A stretch of 64,000 nt of DNA, taken from an uncultured Alphaproteobacteria bacterium. Its GTDB lineage: Bacteria; Pseudomonadota; Alphaproteobacteria; Rhizobiales; Beijerinckiaceae. Of the stretch, positions 1-10,267 are shown one piece after another. The notes beneath the pieces were generated by a model. It was not told the DNA's origin. It saw only the letters and a program-made list of their open reading frames with translations, and did not search any database. The DNA is taken from positions 3,940-67,939 of the forward strand of contig CAVOLE010000038.1 in the NCBI GenBank assembly GCA_963696665.1, given 5' to 3'. The translations under genes and the position numbers were made by a program. Within the stretch, counting starts at the first letter, position 1. The number at the start of each line of letters is the position of its first letter.

Positions 1-996
1 CGCGGGCATCACCGCCGTCTACGACGCCGGCGTTCCGCCTATCGGCGAGGACCAGGGCGCCATCCTGTCGCTCTACACCGAGCTCGAGGAGCAGAAGCGG
101 CTGCCGTTCCGGGTCGTCGCCTCCTATCTCGTCAACGGACCGCCGGTTAAAGACGCCACCTACTACACGCAGGACCTTTCGAGACGCATCAACACCGACC
201 TCGTCCAGACGCGCTTCCTCAAGATCATCGGCGACGGCACGCAGGAAGGCTACACCGCCTGGCTCGTCGACCCTTACGCTGACAAGCCCGACTTCGATCG
301 GCGCCTCGCCGTTCACCGAGGCGGAATGGAAGAGCATGATCGCCGACGCGGACCGCGCGGGCATCGATGTCCACGTCCACGCCTGCGGCGAGCGGACCGC
401 TCGCACCGCTCTCGACGCCTTCGAGGCGGCGATCGCCGCCAACCCGCCGCGCGACCGGCGCCACATCGTTGCGCATAACGTGCTGACCGAGGATTTCGAC
501 ATTCCCCGGTTCGGGAAACTTGGCGTCATCGCCCAGTTTCGGCCAACTGGATGACCGCCGATCCCGACACAGTCGAAATCCTCACTCAGCGCTATGGCCC
601 TTCCCGGCAGAGCCGCACCTACCGCCCGAAATTCATCCTTCAGGCTGGGGGGCGCGTATCTTTCGGCACCGACCGGCCGGCAGCCGGCTATTTCTCGACT
701 TATAAACCGCTCGATTCCATTTAGATCGCGTTGACGCGTCAGCAGATCGGCGTGAAGAACGCGCCAGTCCTTAAGCCCGCCGACGAGCGGCTCGATCTCG
801 CTCAGGCGCTTTACGCCAGCACCATGGCGCCCGCCCATCAGTTGCGCCTGGAAGACCGCATCGGCTCGATCAAGGTCGGCAAGCGCGCGGACCTGATCGT
901 TCTCGACAGGAATTTGTTCGACATCGACCCCACGAGATCGCAGCGACTCGGGTCGACATGACGATGATGAACGGTCGCTTCACCCACGGCGTCTGA
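1..996 (+). pseudogene. YtcJ-like metal-dependent amidohydrolase (amidohydrolase_3 family), 5' part outside window; disrupted
   Basis: Stitched frames give GITAVYDAG...LKIIGDGTQEGYTAWL...VHVHACGERT...IVAHNV...SFGTDRP...RIGSIKVGKRADLIVLDRNLF...TMMNGRFTHGV*. Frameshifts near 300, 540 and 930 and an in-frame TAG at 721-723. Confidence 0.85.
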
Positions 997-1088
997 GGCC
1001 GCGCAACGGTGTCGCGCAAGCTCTATCCGCCAAAGATTTCTGACGCGCCGCCCATGCGTGCGCAGCTCACCCATTCATGAGGACCGAC

Positions 1089-2858
1089 ATGTCTGACCAA
1101 GCACCGCGTGGCGGCCTTTCTCGCCGTGACCTCCTGGAGAGAACCGCCGCCTCGCTGCTTGGCGCGACGTTGCTTTCCACAGCCGCAGAGGCTGCGGCCA
1201 AGCAACCATTGCAGGCGCCGGACGCGCCGCCCGCCAGCTACAACATCCTGTTCATCCTCGTCGATCAGGAGCATTTCTTTCCCAAGTGGCCGTTCCCGGT
1301 TCCGGCGCGCGAATTGCTGAAGTCGAAGGGGATCACCTTCGCCAATCATCAGGCCGCCTCCTGCGTGTGCTCCCCGCCCGATCGGTCATCTACACCGGCG
1401 AGCACATCCAGCACTCGGGCGTCTTCGACAATCTCAACTATCTCTGGCAGCCGGATGTGGCGACGTCGATCAAGACGATCGGCCATCGCATGCGCGACCT
1501 CGGCTACTACGCCACCTATCAGGGCAACTGGCACCTCAGCGCCAACCTCGACCAGACGAGAGTCCCGGTCGACGCGCCCTTGGCGCAATATAGCGAGATC
1601 ATCGAGAGCTATGGCTTCGACGACTTCTTCGGTGTCGGCGATCTCATCGACAGCGGCCTCGGCGGCTACACCTACGACGGCTTCACCGCCGACCGCGTCG
1701 CAATCTGGCTGCGCCGAGAAGGCGAGAAACTGCGAGCCAAGGGCCGGCCATGGTTCATGGCGGTCAATTTCGTCAATCCGCACGATATCATGTACTTCAA
1801 CTTGGACCTCCCCGGTGAGGTCGTGCAGGGCAAGAACCCCGCGATCCCGATCTTTCCGACGCCCGAGGACAATCCCTATCGAGCGCGGTGGGACGACGTT
1901 CCGCTGCCCCCGAGCCGCAGCCAGCCTCTGAACGCGCCCGGCCGCCCGAACGCGCACGCGATCTATCAGTCGATTCAGGACATGATGGTCGGCCAGTGGC
2001 CGGACGAGGACCGCTGCTGGCACGTGCTGCGCAACTATTACTTCAACTGCATCCGCGACTGCGACCAACAGGTCATGCATGTGCTGAAGGCGCTCGAAGA
2101 CGACCGGATGGATCGGAACACCATCCTTGTCTTCAACGCCGATCACGGCGAGTTTAGCGGCCATCACCAGATGCGGGGAAAGGGCAACTGCGCCTACAAG
2201 GAGCAGAACCATGTTCCTCTGATGATCCGCCATCCCGCCTATCCGGGCGGCGCCACCTGCAACGCCGTCACTTCCCAGCTCGACCTCGCGCCGACGCTGC
2301 TCGCACTGACCGGCGCCGACGCGTCCGCACGCGCCAAGGTCGCGATCGGACTGAAAGGGCGCGACTTCTCGAGCCTCTTGAGGAAAGGCGCCGTCGCTAA
2401 GGTGGACGAAATCCGTCCCGCGTCGCTGTTCAACTACAACATGCTGTCCTACCAGGACGCGGTCTGGGCCGAGCACTTCGTGCACGTGATGTTCTCGAAC
2501 AAGATCACCAACGCTGAGAAGATCCAGACCCTCCTCGAGAACGATCCCGATTTCGCCGAGCGCGTCGGCATCCGCAGCATTTTTGACGGCTGCTATCGCT
2601 TCTCGCGCTATTTCGGCCAGACCGATTTCAACACGCCGACGACGCTCGAGGCGCTCATCGCCAAGAACGCTACGACCTTCGGGAAGATCCGGAAGAGATG
2701 AACAACCTTGCCATGGACCGAAGCAACGCGGCGAACTCATGCTCGCGCTCAACAAGGTTATGAACGATCTCATTGGCTCCGAGGTTGGCGTCGACGACGG
2801 CTCCTTCCTGCCGATCCGCGATGGAAAGTGGCGTTTTCCTCCTGCCAGCGAGCGCTGA
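1089..2858 (+). pseudogene. Tat-exported Cys-type sulfatase, disrupted
   Basis: Twin-arginine leader SRRDLL; NILFILVDQE; the CxPxR motif (CSPAR..IYTG) is restored by adding one C in the run at ~1372-1375; NFVNPHD and FNADHGE motifs. The C-terminus (LYDLREDPEEMNNLA..) needs two more frame changes near 2670 and 2720. Confidence 0.85.
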
Positions 2859-2935
2859 AGGGCGGAAGGCTTCCTCTCGGTTGACCCGCAATCTCGCAGA
2901 TGCGAACAGTCGCCGGGACAAATCCGAGAGGGCCG

Positions 2936-3934
2936 ATGAGCGCGATGGTAGAAGTCTTGGGGCTGGGCAACTCGCTCGTCGACCTCCTTGCCTATGCGGA
3001 TGACGACTATCTGAGCGCTCAGGAGATGCTGAAGGGCGCGATGAACCTCATCGACGAGGATCGCGCCGAGGCTCTTTACGCCGCCCGCGTCGATCCGCGC
3101 GTGATCTCGGGCGGATCGGCCGCCAACACCATCGTCGGCGTCGCCTCGTTTGGCGTCTCCGCCGCCTATATCGGCAAGGTGAAGCGCGATCCGCTCGGCG
3201 CGACCTTCGCCGAGGACATCCGCTCGACCGGGGTCGCTTTCTCGACCGCCCCTGCCGAGCTTGGGCCCAGCACAGGGCGCTGCTTCATCTATGTGACGCC
3301 CGACGGCGAGCGGACGATGAACACCTATCTCGGCGCGAGCTCCTATCTTGCGCCGCTGGACGTCGACGAGGCTTTGGTCAAGTCGGCGAAGGTCGTCTAT
3401 CTCGAGGGCTATATGTGGGACCGCCCGGCGGCCAAGGCGGCCTTTCAGAAGGCCGGAGAGATCGCCCGCGCCGCCAATAGCAGGGTGGCGCTCACTTTGT
3501 CGGATTCGTTCTGCGTCGACCGGTTCCGTGGCGAATTCATTGACCTCATTCGCTCGCGGACCGTCGACACGGTCTTCTCCAATACCGACGAGATCCTGTC
3601 GCTGTACGAAACGACGCATTTCGGCGAGGCGCTCGACAGTCTGCGCTCAGAGGGCGTGCTCGGAATCGTCACCCGCTCGGAAAAGGGCTGCGTCATCATC
3701 AAGGGCGATGAGACGTGGGAGGTTCCGGCCTTCCCGATCGCCAAGCTCGTCGATACGACAGGCGCGGGCGACATGTTCGCCGCCGGCTTCCTCGCCGGCC
3801 TCGCGCGGGCGCGGGACATGGTCACTTGCGGGCGGCTCGGCGTCATGGCCGCCGCGGAGATCATTCAGCATATCGGCGCGCGGCCCAATGTGTCGCTGGC
3901 GGGACTGGCGAAAGAGAACGACGTCACATTCTAG
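2936..3934 (+). CDS. PfkB-family carbohydrate kinase, adenosine-kinase-like
   Basis: GGSAANT N-terminal signature, ERTMNTYLGA, and the DTTGAGD anion-hole motif; RBS-like GAGAGG before ATG 2936. Confidence 0.9.
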   Translation: MSAMVEVLGLGNSLVDLLAYADDDYLSAQEMLKGAMNLIDEDRAEALYAARVDPRVISGGSAANTIVGVASFGVSAAYIGKVKRDPLGATFAEDIRSTGVAFSTAPAELGPSTGRCFIYVTPDGERTMNTYLGASSYLAPLDVDEALVKSAKVVYLEGYMWDRPAAKAAFQKAGEIARAANSRVALTLSDSFCVDRFRGEFIDLIRSRTVDTVFSNTDEILSLYETTHFGEALDSLRSEGVLGIVTRSEKGCVIIKGDETWEVPAFPIAKLVDTTGAGDMFAAGFLAGLARARDMVTCGRLGVMAAAEIIQHIGARPNVSLAGLAKENDVTF

Positions 3935-4089
3935 ACCAATGGAGTCGCGCCGCTTCTCGCCTCGTCAAAGGCGATGGCGCCTTAGCCAACAACGACTTCC
4001 TCACGTTCCAGGGGCTCCTTAGGACTGGAGAGCGGGACGCCGCCTAGTGGCGCAACCCGCGCGCGGGCTTGAGCGTCTGGGAGGAAAAC

Positions 4090-5298
4090 ATGTGGGATTG
4101 GCGGACTTTGCCGGCGGCGACGCTGGGCTTGATGGGCGCACTGGCGTTTGCGTCGGGTCTTTGGAGTTCACGGGTCCTTGCGGATGAAAGTCCAACGCCG
4201 GAGCAACAGGCTGCGGCGCTCGCGAACGTTCCGAAGGACGCCCGGCAATATTATCAGGGCTATTGGTACTCGACGAAGCTTGTCGCCGATCCGCTCGCCA
4301 ACTGGCAGCCGCACAAGGCGCCCTGGCAGATCTGCCATAACGATTCCTATCTCGGCAATTCGTGGCGCGCCAATCTCGTCGCCGAGCTCCAGAACCTGAC
4401 CTCGCAACTGGCGAAGCAGGGGCTGGCCAAGGACAAGCTGATCGTCACCAATTCGAACGGCGACATCAACCTCGAGCTCACGCAGCTGAAGACGCAGATC
4501 GCGCAGGGGTGCGATCTCATCATGATGTATCCGGGCTCAGCGACGGGTCTGTGCTCCGGCATCCGCGACGCCTTCGACAAGGGCGTCCTCGTCGTCACCA
4601 TCGATGCGCCGGTCGATTGTCCCCAGGCCATCAACGTCGCGCGCAATCCCTATTTCTACGCCAAGCTGCAGGGCGACTGGATCATGAAGCAGCTCGGCGG
4701 CAAGGGGAACGTCGTCCTGATGAACGGGCAGCCCGGCACCACGGACACGGTGGCCGAGCATCAGGCCTTCCTCGAAGCGGCGAAAGCCAATCCCGGCGTT
4801 AAGATCACCGGCGACCTCTACGGCATGTGGACGGGCGCGGTCGCGAAATCGGAGATGCTCAAATATCTGGCCACGCATCCCCAGCCGGTCGACGCGGTAT
4901 GGTCGACGGGCAACATGGGGGTCGGCGTCGGCCAGGCGCTGGAGCAGGCGGGCCGGCCGGTGACGATCGTCACCGACGTCACCAATCAGTGCAGCTTCCT
5001 CGCCTTCTGGAAGACCCACAAGTTCTCGAGTCTCACCATGGCCCAGGACGGCGGCCCGACGGGCTATGAAGCGTTCGTGGCGGCGATCCGCATCATGTCC
5101 GGCCAGAAGCCGAAGGTGAACACGATCTTCTTTCCGTTGCCGGTCATCACCAACGCCAACATCGATGATTATTACGAGCCATCGATGACGGTGCAGAGCA
5201 CCTGTTTCGCCAACGGCAAGGATCGCCACTTGGTCGCCGACGATTATTTCGACCAGTTCTTCACCGGCGGTGAAAAAGCTTCGGCGATCAGGCCGTAA
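4090..5298 (+). CDS. Sugar ABC-type periplasmic substrate-binding protein (type I / Peripla_BP_4-like)
   Basis: Signal peptide (..RVLA-DE); NSW..GCDLIMM..DKGVLVVTID..GGKGNVVLMNGQPG pattern; GAGGA RBS. No permease or ATPase adjacent. Confidence 0.8.
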   Translation: MWDWRTLPAATLGLMGALAFASGLWSSRVLADESPTPEQQAAALANVPKDARQYYQGYWYSTKLVADPLANWQPHKAPWQICHNDSYLGNSWRANLVAELQNLTSQLAKQGLAKDKLIVTNSNGDINLELTQLKTQIAQGCDLIMMYPGSATGLCSGIRDAFDKGVLVVTIDAPVDCPQAINVARNPYFYAKLQGDWIMKQLGGKGNVVLMNGQPGTTDTVAEHQAFLEAAKANPGVKITGDLYGMWTGAVAKSEMLKYLATHPQPVDAVWSTGNMGVGVGQALEQAGRPVTIVTDVTNQCSFLAFWKTHKFSSLTMAQDGGPTGYEAFVAAIRIMSGQKPKVNTIFFPLPVITNANIDDYYEPSMTVQSTCFANGKDRHLVADDYFDQFFTGGEKASAIRP

Positions 5299-5326
5299 GC
5301 ATGACGCAATTTCGTCAAACCAGCAT

Positions 5327-5460
5327 CGTCATTGCGAGCGAAGCGAAGCAAAGCAATCCAGGGGAGCGTCGAGCGCCCTGCGACTCCTGGATCGCCGCGT
5401 CGCCATAGCCCGTCCGGAAGGACGGGCTGTGGCGACGCCCTGTGGCTCCTCGCGATGACA
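5327..5460. repeat. Composite palindromic repeat: CGTCATTGCGAG-type element (family B) with a family-A element nested in its loop
   Basis: Ends CGTCATTGCGAGCG...CTCGCGATGAC match the copy at 37554-37645. The extra insert CATAGCCCGTCC-GGAA-GGACGGGC...GCCCT at ~5404-5441 resembles the copies at 17396, 21588 and 57082. Confidence 0.8.
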
Positions 5461-5557
5461 ATTCCACCCGAAGGCATCCGGCTTTAGCGGGGTTGCTCGT
5501 CGGAGGGAGAGCGGATCGTCGGAGGCGCGCTGCGTGGCGGATGACCGTCGCTTTCCG

Positions 5558-6187
5558 CTACTCGCTCGTGGGCGCCGCCTTCGCTTTGCCCCTCTCGAGG
5601 AGATGACGCTTGAAGTCGCTCATCGAGGCGAACTTGTACGTTCCTTCGCTCGTTTCGGCCTCGATCGAGCCGTCAGAGAAGATCTTGTAGTTGGCCCCGG
5701 CTGACGAATAGCTGCCGATCAGGCTCGGCGGTCCCTGCGGCCCTTCTGGCGTCTCGAGGACGTTTTCGCTCATCTCGAGCGAAGGCAGGTGGCCGGTGCG
5801 ATTGATGTTGATCGGGCTCTCGCCCTCGTCCGCAGGCGTTTCGTCCACGATGTCGGGCGCCCTCGTTTCAACCGCCATCGACGCGGCGGAGCCGTGTTCG
5901 GCCGGCGCCGTTTCGGTCGAGGGCGCGACCTCATAGGCTGCCGGAAGGACCGAAGGCGCGGCGGATTCCCGCAAAAGCTTCGTGAGCGCGTCGACCCGCC
6001 GGATTAAGACCCCGATCGCGAACGTCACCACTGCGGCGCAGGCGGCGACTGCGCTCGCCAGCGCATACAAAAACCCGAGGCCGGTCGGGAGCAGATTGAG
6101 ACTCTGGTAGCCGCCCGCCGCGCCGGCGATCAGCAGAATGAGGCTCAGGATGAAGATCAGTATCGCCACTAGGCCGTCAACGCCCAC
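5558..6187 (-). CDS. Hypothetical membrane protein: two N-terminal TM helices, acidic linker, small conserved C-terminal domain
   Basis: Hydrophobic N-terminus and C-terminal GSYSSAGANYKIFSDGSIEAET..FASMSDF; start codon uncertain (GTG). Confidence 0.7.
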   Translation of the reverse strand: MGVDGLVAILIFILSLILLIAGAAGGYQSLNLLPTGLGFLYALASAVAACAAVVTFAIGVLIRRVDALTKLLRESAAPSVLPAAYEVAPSTETAPAEHGSAASMAVETRAPDIVDETPADEGESPININRTGHLPSLEMSENVLETPEGPQGPPSLIGSYSSAGANYKIFSDGSIEAETSEGTYKFASMSDFKRHLLERGKAKAAPTSE

Positions 6188-6245
6188 ATTTTATCGAACC
6201 TCATTGGGCCCGCATGTTGGAAACGACCCTATGGCGATTCGCGTT

Positions 6246-6977
6246 TCACGGATGTGAATCGCGCGCCCCGAAGATCGCCGAGCCGACGCGCACATACGTC
6301 GCCCCGAGTTGCACGGCAAGCGGCCAGTCGGCGCTCATGCCCATGGAACGCTCGGCGAGTCCATTGCGTTCCGCGATGACGCCGATGAGGGCGAAATGGG
6401 GTGAGACCTGCTCGCTCGCCGGGGGAATGGCCATGAGGCCCTCGATCGTCAATCCGTAGGTCTGGCGGCAGAGGGCGATAAAGGCGTTGGCATCCTCGGG
6501 AAGCACGCCCGCCTTCTGCGGCTCCCCTCCGGTGTTGACCTCGACAAACAGGCGCGGGCGTTTGCCGACCCGTTCGATTTCGCGCGCGAGCGCAGCGGCG
6601 ATTCTTTCCCGGTCGACCGTCTCGATCACGTCAAAAGTCTCCACCGCCTCTCGCGCCTTGTTGCTTTGCAAGGGCCCGATCAGATGAAGCTCGATCGTCT
6701 TGCCGAGCGCCGCGGCGCGCGCCCGCAAGTCGCGCCATTTCGGAATTGCCTCCTGCACCCGGTTCTCGCCAAAGCGGGTTTGACCAGCGATCGCGATCGT
6801 GGGCCAGACCTCGTCGGCGGAAAAGGTCTTCGAGACCGCGAGGAGCTTGACCTCCTCCGGCGCGCGCCCGCAATCGCGCGCCCGTCGCGCGATCTGCTCG
6901 CGCAGCGCAAGGAGCCGAGCCACCGCATCCTGCGCATCGCCGGGTTTTGGCGTCTTGGCCAAGGTTGCCTCCACCAT
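6246..6977 (-). CDS. yggS: YggS/PLPBP pyridoxal-phosphate homeostasis protein
   Basis: LLAVSKT, FGENRVQE, LHLIGPLQSNKA, GLMAIPP, SMGMSAD and VRVGSAIFG motifs; GAGGA RBS before ATG 6977. Confidence 0.95.
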   Translation of the reverse strand: MVEATLAKTPKPGDAQDAVARLLALREQIARRARDCGRAPEEVKLLAVSKTFSADEVWPTIAIAGQTRFGENRVQEAIPKWRDLRARAAALGKTIELHLIGPLQSNKAREAVETFDVIETVDRERIAAALAREIERVGKRPRLFVEVNTGGEPQKAGVLPEDANAFIALCRQTYGLTIEGLMAIPPASEQVSPHFALIGVIAERNGLAERSMGMSADWPLAVQLGATYVRVGSAIFGARDSHP

Positions 6978-7164
6978 TGTCCTCAAACACCCTCTCGCAA
7001 TGGCGACCGCCGCTGACCATTGTGCGACAAAAGCAAACCCGAACTCAATTCCCCTCGTCCTATGGCCCCGGCCAAGGCGGTACGCTGAACCCCGCCAGGC
7101 CCCTTGCCTTTTGCCTGAAGCCCGCGCATGAGGGCCGGACCTTCCCTCATCCATGACGGCTTCC

Positions 7165-8262
7165 ATGGGCTTCAAATGCGGCATCGTCGGCCTGCCGAAT
7201 GTCGGCAAGTCGACGCTTTTCAACGCGCTGACGCAGACCGCCGCCGCGCAGGCGGCCAATTATCCATTCTGCACCATTGAACCCAATGTCGGCGATGTCG
7301 CGGTGCCGGACCCGCGCCTGGCGACTCTGGCCCAAATCGCCGCGTCCAAGGAGATCATCCCGACCCGGCTGTCCTTCGTCGACATTGCCGGGCTCGTGCG
7401 CGGCGCCTCGAAGGGCGAAGGGCTCGGCAACCAGTTCCTGGCCAATATCCGCGAATGCGATGCGATCGCCCATGTCGTCCGCTGTTTCGACGACGGCGAT
7501 GTCACCCATGTCGAGGGCCGCGTCGACCCGTTGTCCGACATCGCCACCATCGAAACCGAACTGATGCTGGCCGATCTCGAGAGCCTCGAGCGGCGCATCG
7601 TGCAAATGGAGAAAAAGGCCAAGGGCGGCGACAAGGAGGCCAAGGAGCTCCTGGCGCTCGCCGAGCGGAGCTTGGCTGAGCTCAAGGAGGGGCGCCCGGC
7701 GCGCGCGGCCCAAATCGGCCGCGACGAACGGCGCTCGTTCGAGTCGCTTGGCCTCCTGTCATCGAAGCCGGTTCTCTATGTCTGCAACGTCGACGAAGCG
7801 GCGGCGGATCGAGGCAACGCTTATTCCGATCAGGTCAAGGAACAAGCCGCCAAGGAAGGGGCGGTCGCCGTGGTTGTGTCGGCGAAGATCGAGAGCGAGA
7901 TCGCCATGCTGCCGCAAGCCGAGCAGGAGGCCTATCTCGAGGCGATCGGGTTGACGGAGCCGGGCCTTAGCCGTGTCATTCGCGCCGGATACGAGCTCCT
8001 GCGTCTCGTCACGTTCTTCACCGTGGGCCCCAAGGAGGCGCGGGCGTGGACGATCGAGCAAGGGACCAGGGCCCCGCAGGCCGCAGGCGTGATCCACACC
8101 GATTTCGAAAAGGGTTTTATCCGCGCCGAAACCATCGCCTATGACGACTATGTCGCCAACGGGGGCGAAGCAGGCGCGCGTGAAGCGGGCAAGTTCCGGC
8201 TCGAAGGCAAGGACTACGTGGTCGCCGACGGCGACGTCATGCATTTCCGCTTCGCGAATTGA
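7165..8262 (+). CDS. ychF: Redox-regulated ATPase YchF (Obg family)
   Basis: GIVGLPNVGKSTLFNALT, ANYPFCTIEPN, DIAGLVRGASKGEGLGNQFL, C-terminal TGS domain ending ..DGDVMHFRF. Confidence 0.97.
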   Translation: MGFKCGIVGLPNVGKSTLFNALTQTAAAQAANYPFCTIEPNVGDVAVPDPRLATLAQIAASKEIIPTRLSFVDIAGLVRGASKGEGLGNQFLANIRECDAIAHVVRCFDDGDVTHVEGRVDPLSDIATIETELMLADLESLERRIVQMEKKAKGGDKEAKELLALAERSLAELKEGRPARAAQIGRDERRSFESLGLLSSKPVLYVCNVDEAAADRGNAYSDQVKEQAAKEGAVAVVVSAKIESEIAMLPQAEQEAYLEAIGLTEPGLSRVIRAGYELLRLVTFFTVGPKEARAWTIEQGTRAPQAAGVIHTDFEKGFIRAETIAYDDYVANGGEAGAREAGKFRLEGKDYVVADGDVMHFRFAN

Positions 8263-8267
8263 GACCC

Positions 8268-8729
8268 ATGCCGGACGCGCTCTATTTCGAGGACTTTCCG
8301 CTCGGCGAAGTGGTCGAATACGGCGTGGTCGATGTCCCGGCCGCCGATATCATCGCGTTCGCCCGCGAGTTCGATCCGCAGCCTTACCACATTGATGAAG
8401 AGGCCGGGCGTGCGGCGACGGGCGGCCTCATCGCCTCGGGATGGCATACGGCCGCGCTCTTGCTCAGGATGAATTGCGAGGCGTTCCTCATGCGCGCCGC
8501 CATCCTCGAAGAGGCCGGCGTCGAGGAGGTCCGATGGCAGCGGCCGGTCAGACCCGGCGATCAGCTGCATGTGCGCCGCCACACGCTCGGCAAACGGACC
8601 CATGAAGGCCCGATGGGCGCCGGCGAGATCGAGTTTCTCTACGAAGTGGTCAATCAGGACGGCGCGGCCGCCATGATTCAGCGCAGCGTGCTCGTGCTCA
8701 CGCAGCGCCCGCAATCCCTCGGGACCTAG
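8268..8729 (+). CDS. MaoC-family (hot-dog) dehydratase
   Basis: LYFEDF, FAREFDPQPYH, GLIASGWHT, W..PVRPGD. Confidence 0.9.
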   Translation: MPDALYFEDFPLGEVVEYGVVDVPAADIIAFAREFDPQPYHIDEEAGRAATGGLIASGWHTAALLLRMNCEAFLMRAAILEEAGVEEVRWQRPVRPGDQLHVRRHTLGKRTHEGPMGAGEIEFLYEVVNQDGAAAMIQRSVLVLTQRPQSLGT

Positions 8730-8737
8730 CCGTTCTC

Positions 8738-9199
8738 ATGTTCTACGAGGACATTCGCATCGGTGAGCCAGCCGCGCTCGGCCAAACCGCGTTTTCCCGG
8801 GAAGCGATTCTCGCCTACGGGAAACGGTTCGATCCGCGCATCGTCGCGCAAGCCGCCGAGGGCCGGGCGCGGCTTGTCGCCGCGGGGATGCACGTGGCGG
8901 CCGCGGGGATGCGCCAACTCGTCGATGCCCGCAGCGCGCTCCGCGCCGCCATGGCCGAGCGCGGCGAGAGCCTTCCGCAGCTGGGGGTCTCGCCGGGATT
9001 CAAAGACATGCGCTGGCCGTATCCGGTGTACGAGGGCGATATCGTTTCGTATTCGATCGAGACGGTGTCGAAACGCGAGACCTCCAAGCCGAAATGGGGT
9101 CTCGTCGGCAATAAGTTTCTAGGGCTCAACCAGCGCGGGCAGGAGGTTTTGGTTTTTTCGAGCGCCGTTCTCATCCTCCGTCGCGCAGAAGATTTGTGA
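8738..9199 (+). CDS. MaoC-family dehydratase, second paralog
   Basis: FYEDIRIG, SPGFKDMRWPYPVYEGD, NQRGQEV. Confidence 0.88.
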   Translation: MFYEDIRIGEPAALGQTAFSREAILAYGKRFDPRIVAQAAEGRARLVAAGMHVAAAGMRQLVDARSALRAAMAERGESLPQLGVSPGFKDMRWPYPVYEGDIVSYSIETVSKRETSKPKWGLVGNKFLGLNQRGQEVLVFSSAVLILRRAEDL

Positions 9200-9354
9200 T
9201 CTCCCGCCCTGCCAAGGGCTGGGATTTCCGTAGCGGACGGCCGGGCTGACCCCGCCTGCAACTCATTTTTCGATGGCCCGCGACGCGCCAAGCGCGCGAA
9301 AGTCTGTTAAAAGGCTGCCGGTCGTTTACCTTGTTGGTTCTCGGGGAAGCTGCA

Positions 9355-10254
9355 ATGGCAATCAATCTTGTTAGTCTTGTATCCCAGTTCCTTACGCCGC
9401 AATTGGTTGGCGGCCTGGCGCGGGCGCTGGGCATCAACGAGGCGGTGGCGCAGAAGCTGGTCGCTGCAGCAGTTCCAACAATCCTGGCCTCGCTCACAAC
9501 AGCGGCGGCCGCGCCTGGAGGCGCTCAGAAGGTCTCCGACGCCATCTCCATGTCGGATCCGGATATCTTGACCAAGCTGAGCGGCGCGGTCACTGGCGGC
9601 AACACCCGGTTCCTGAACGAGGGCGGCGCTCTCCTGAACAACCTGCTCGGCGGCGGGGGCCTCTCGAGCCTCACCGGCGCGCTGAGCCAGTATTCCGGCG
9701 CTCCGCAACCCGCGACACAGTCGCTGCTCGGCACGGTGGCGCATGCGGCGGTTGGCACCATCGGCCAGCAGGATCCGTCAAACTGGTCGGACCCTTCGGC
9801 GATTCTCTCGCTTCTGAACAGTCAAAAGGGCGCAATCTCGGCCGCGCTTCCCCCTGAAGTCTCCAGATTGCTGGGAGCCTCCGGACTGCTCGCCGGCCTC
9901 GGTGGCGCAGCCGCCGGAGCGGCTCAGACCGCCGCGTCGACAGTCTCGAGCGCCGCAACCGCAGCGAGTTCGACAGCCAGCTCCGCCGCCAGTTCTGCTG
10001 CGAGGAGCGCCGACGCTGCCGCGAGAAGCGCCCAAAGCGCCGCGTCGAGGGTCCCGACGCCGCCTGCGCCGAGCTCGAGCGGCTTCCCGATGTGGGCGAT
10101 CGTTTTGATCGTCATTGTCGTGCTGCTGGCGATCTGGTGGTACATGACCCAGAACCATAAGCCGGCGGAGCCGGCGAAAACGGGTCTTCTGTCGGCCCCG
10201 GTCGAGTACGCCTTGCGCACCTTACCCGCTCAGGCCGTTCCGCAGCTCGACTAA
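9355..10254 (+). CDS. DUF937 (YidB-like) domain protein with Ala/Ser linker and C-terminal TM helix
   Basis: MAINLVSLVSQFLTP..LLNSQKGAISAALP pattern, low-complexity linker, TM segment WAIVLIVIVVLLAIWWY. Confidence 0.75.
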   Translation: MAINLVSLVSQFLTPQLVGGLARALGINEAVAQKLVAAAVPTILASLTTAAAAPGGAQKVSDAISMSDPDILTKLSGAVTGGNTRFLNEGGALLNNLLGGGGLSSLTGALSQYSGAPQPATQSLLGTVAHAAVGTIGQQDPSNWSDPSAILSLLNSQKGAISAALPPEVSRLLGASGLLAGLGGAAAGAAQTAASTVSSAATAASSTASSAASSAARSADAAARSAQSAASRVPTPPAPSSSGFPMWAIVLIVIVVLLAIWWYMTQNHKPAEPAKTGLLSAPVEYALRTLPAQAVPQLD

Positions 10255-10267
10255 ACACCCTCGCGTC

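Noticed and set aside
1349-3619. 756-aa minus-strand ORF, and the many other long antisense ORFs in the track (e.g. 40453-41775, 58907-60283, 16235-17473)
   Set aside because: These are shadow frames of real genes in GC-rich DNA, with Arg-rich composition and no family motifs.
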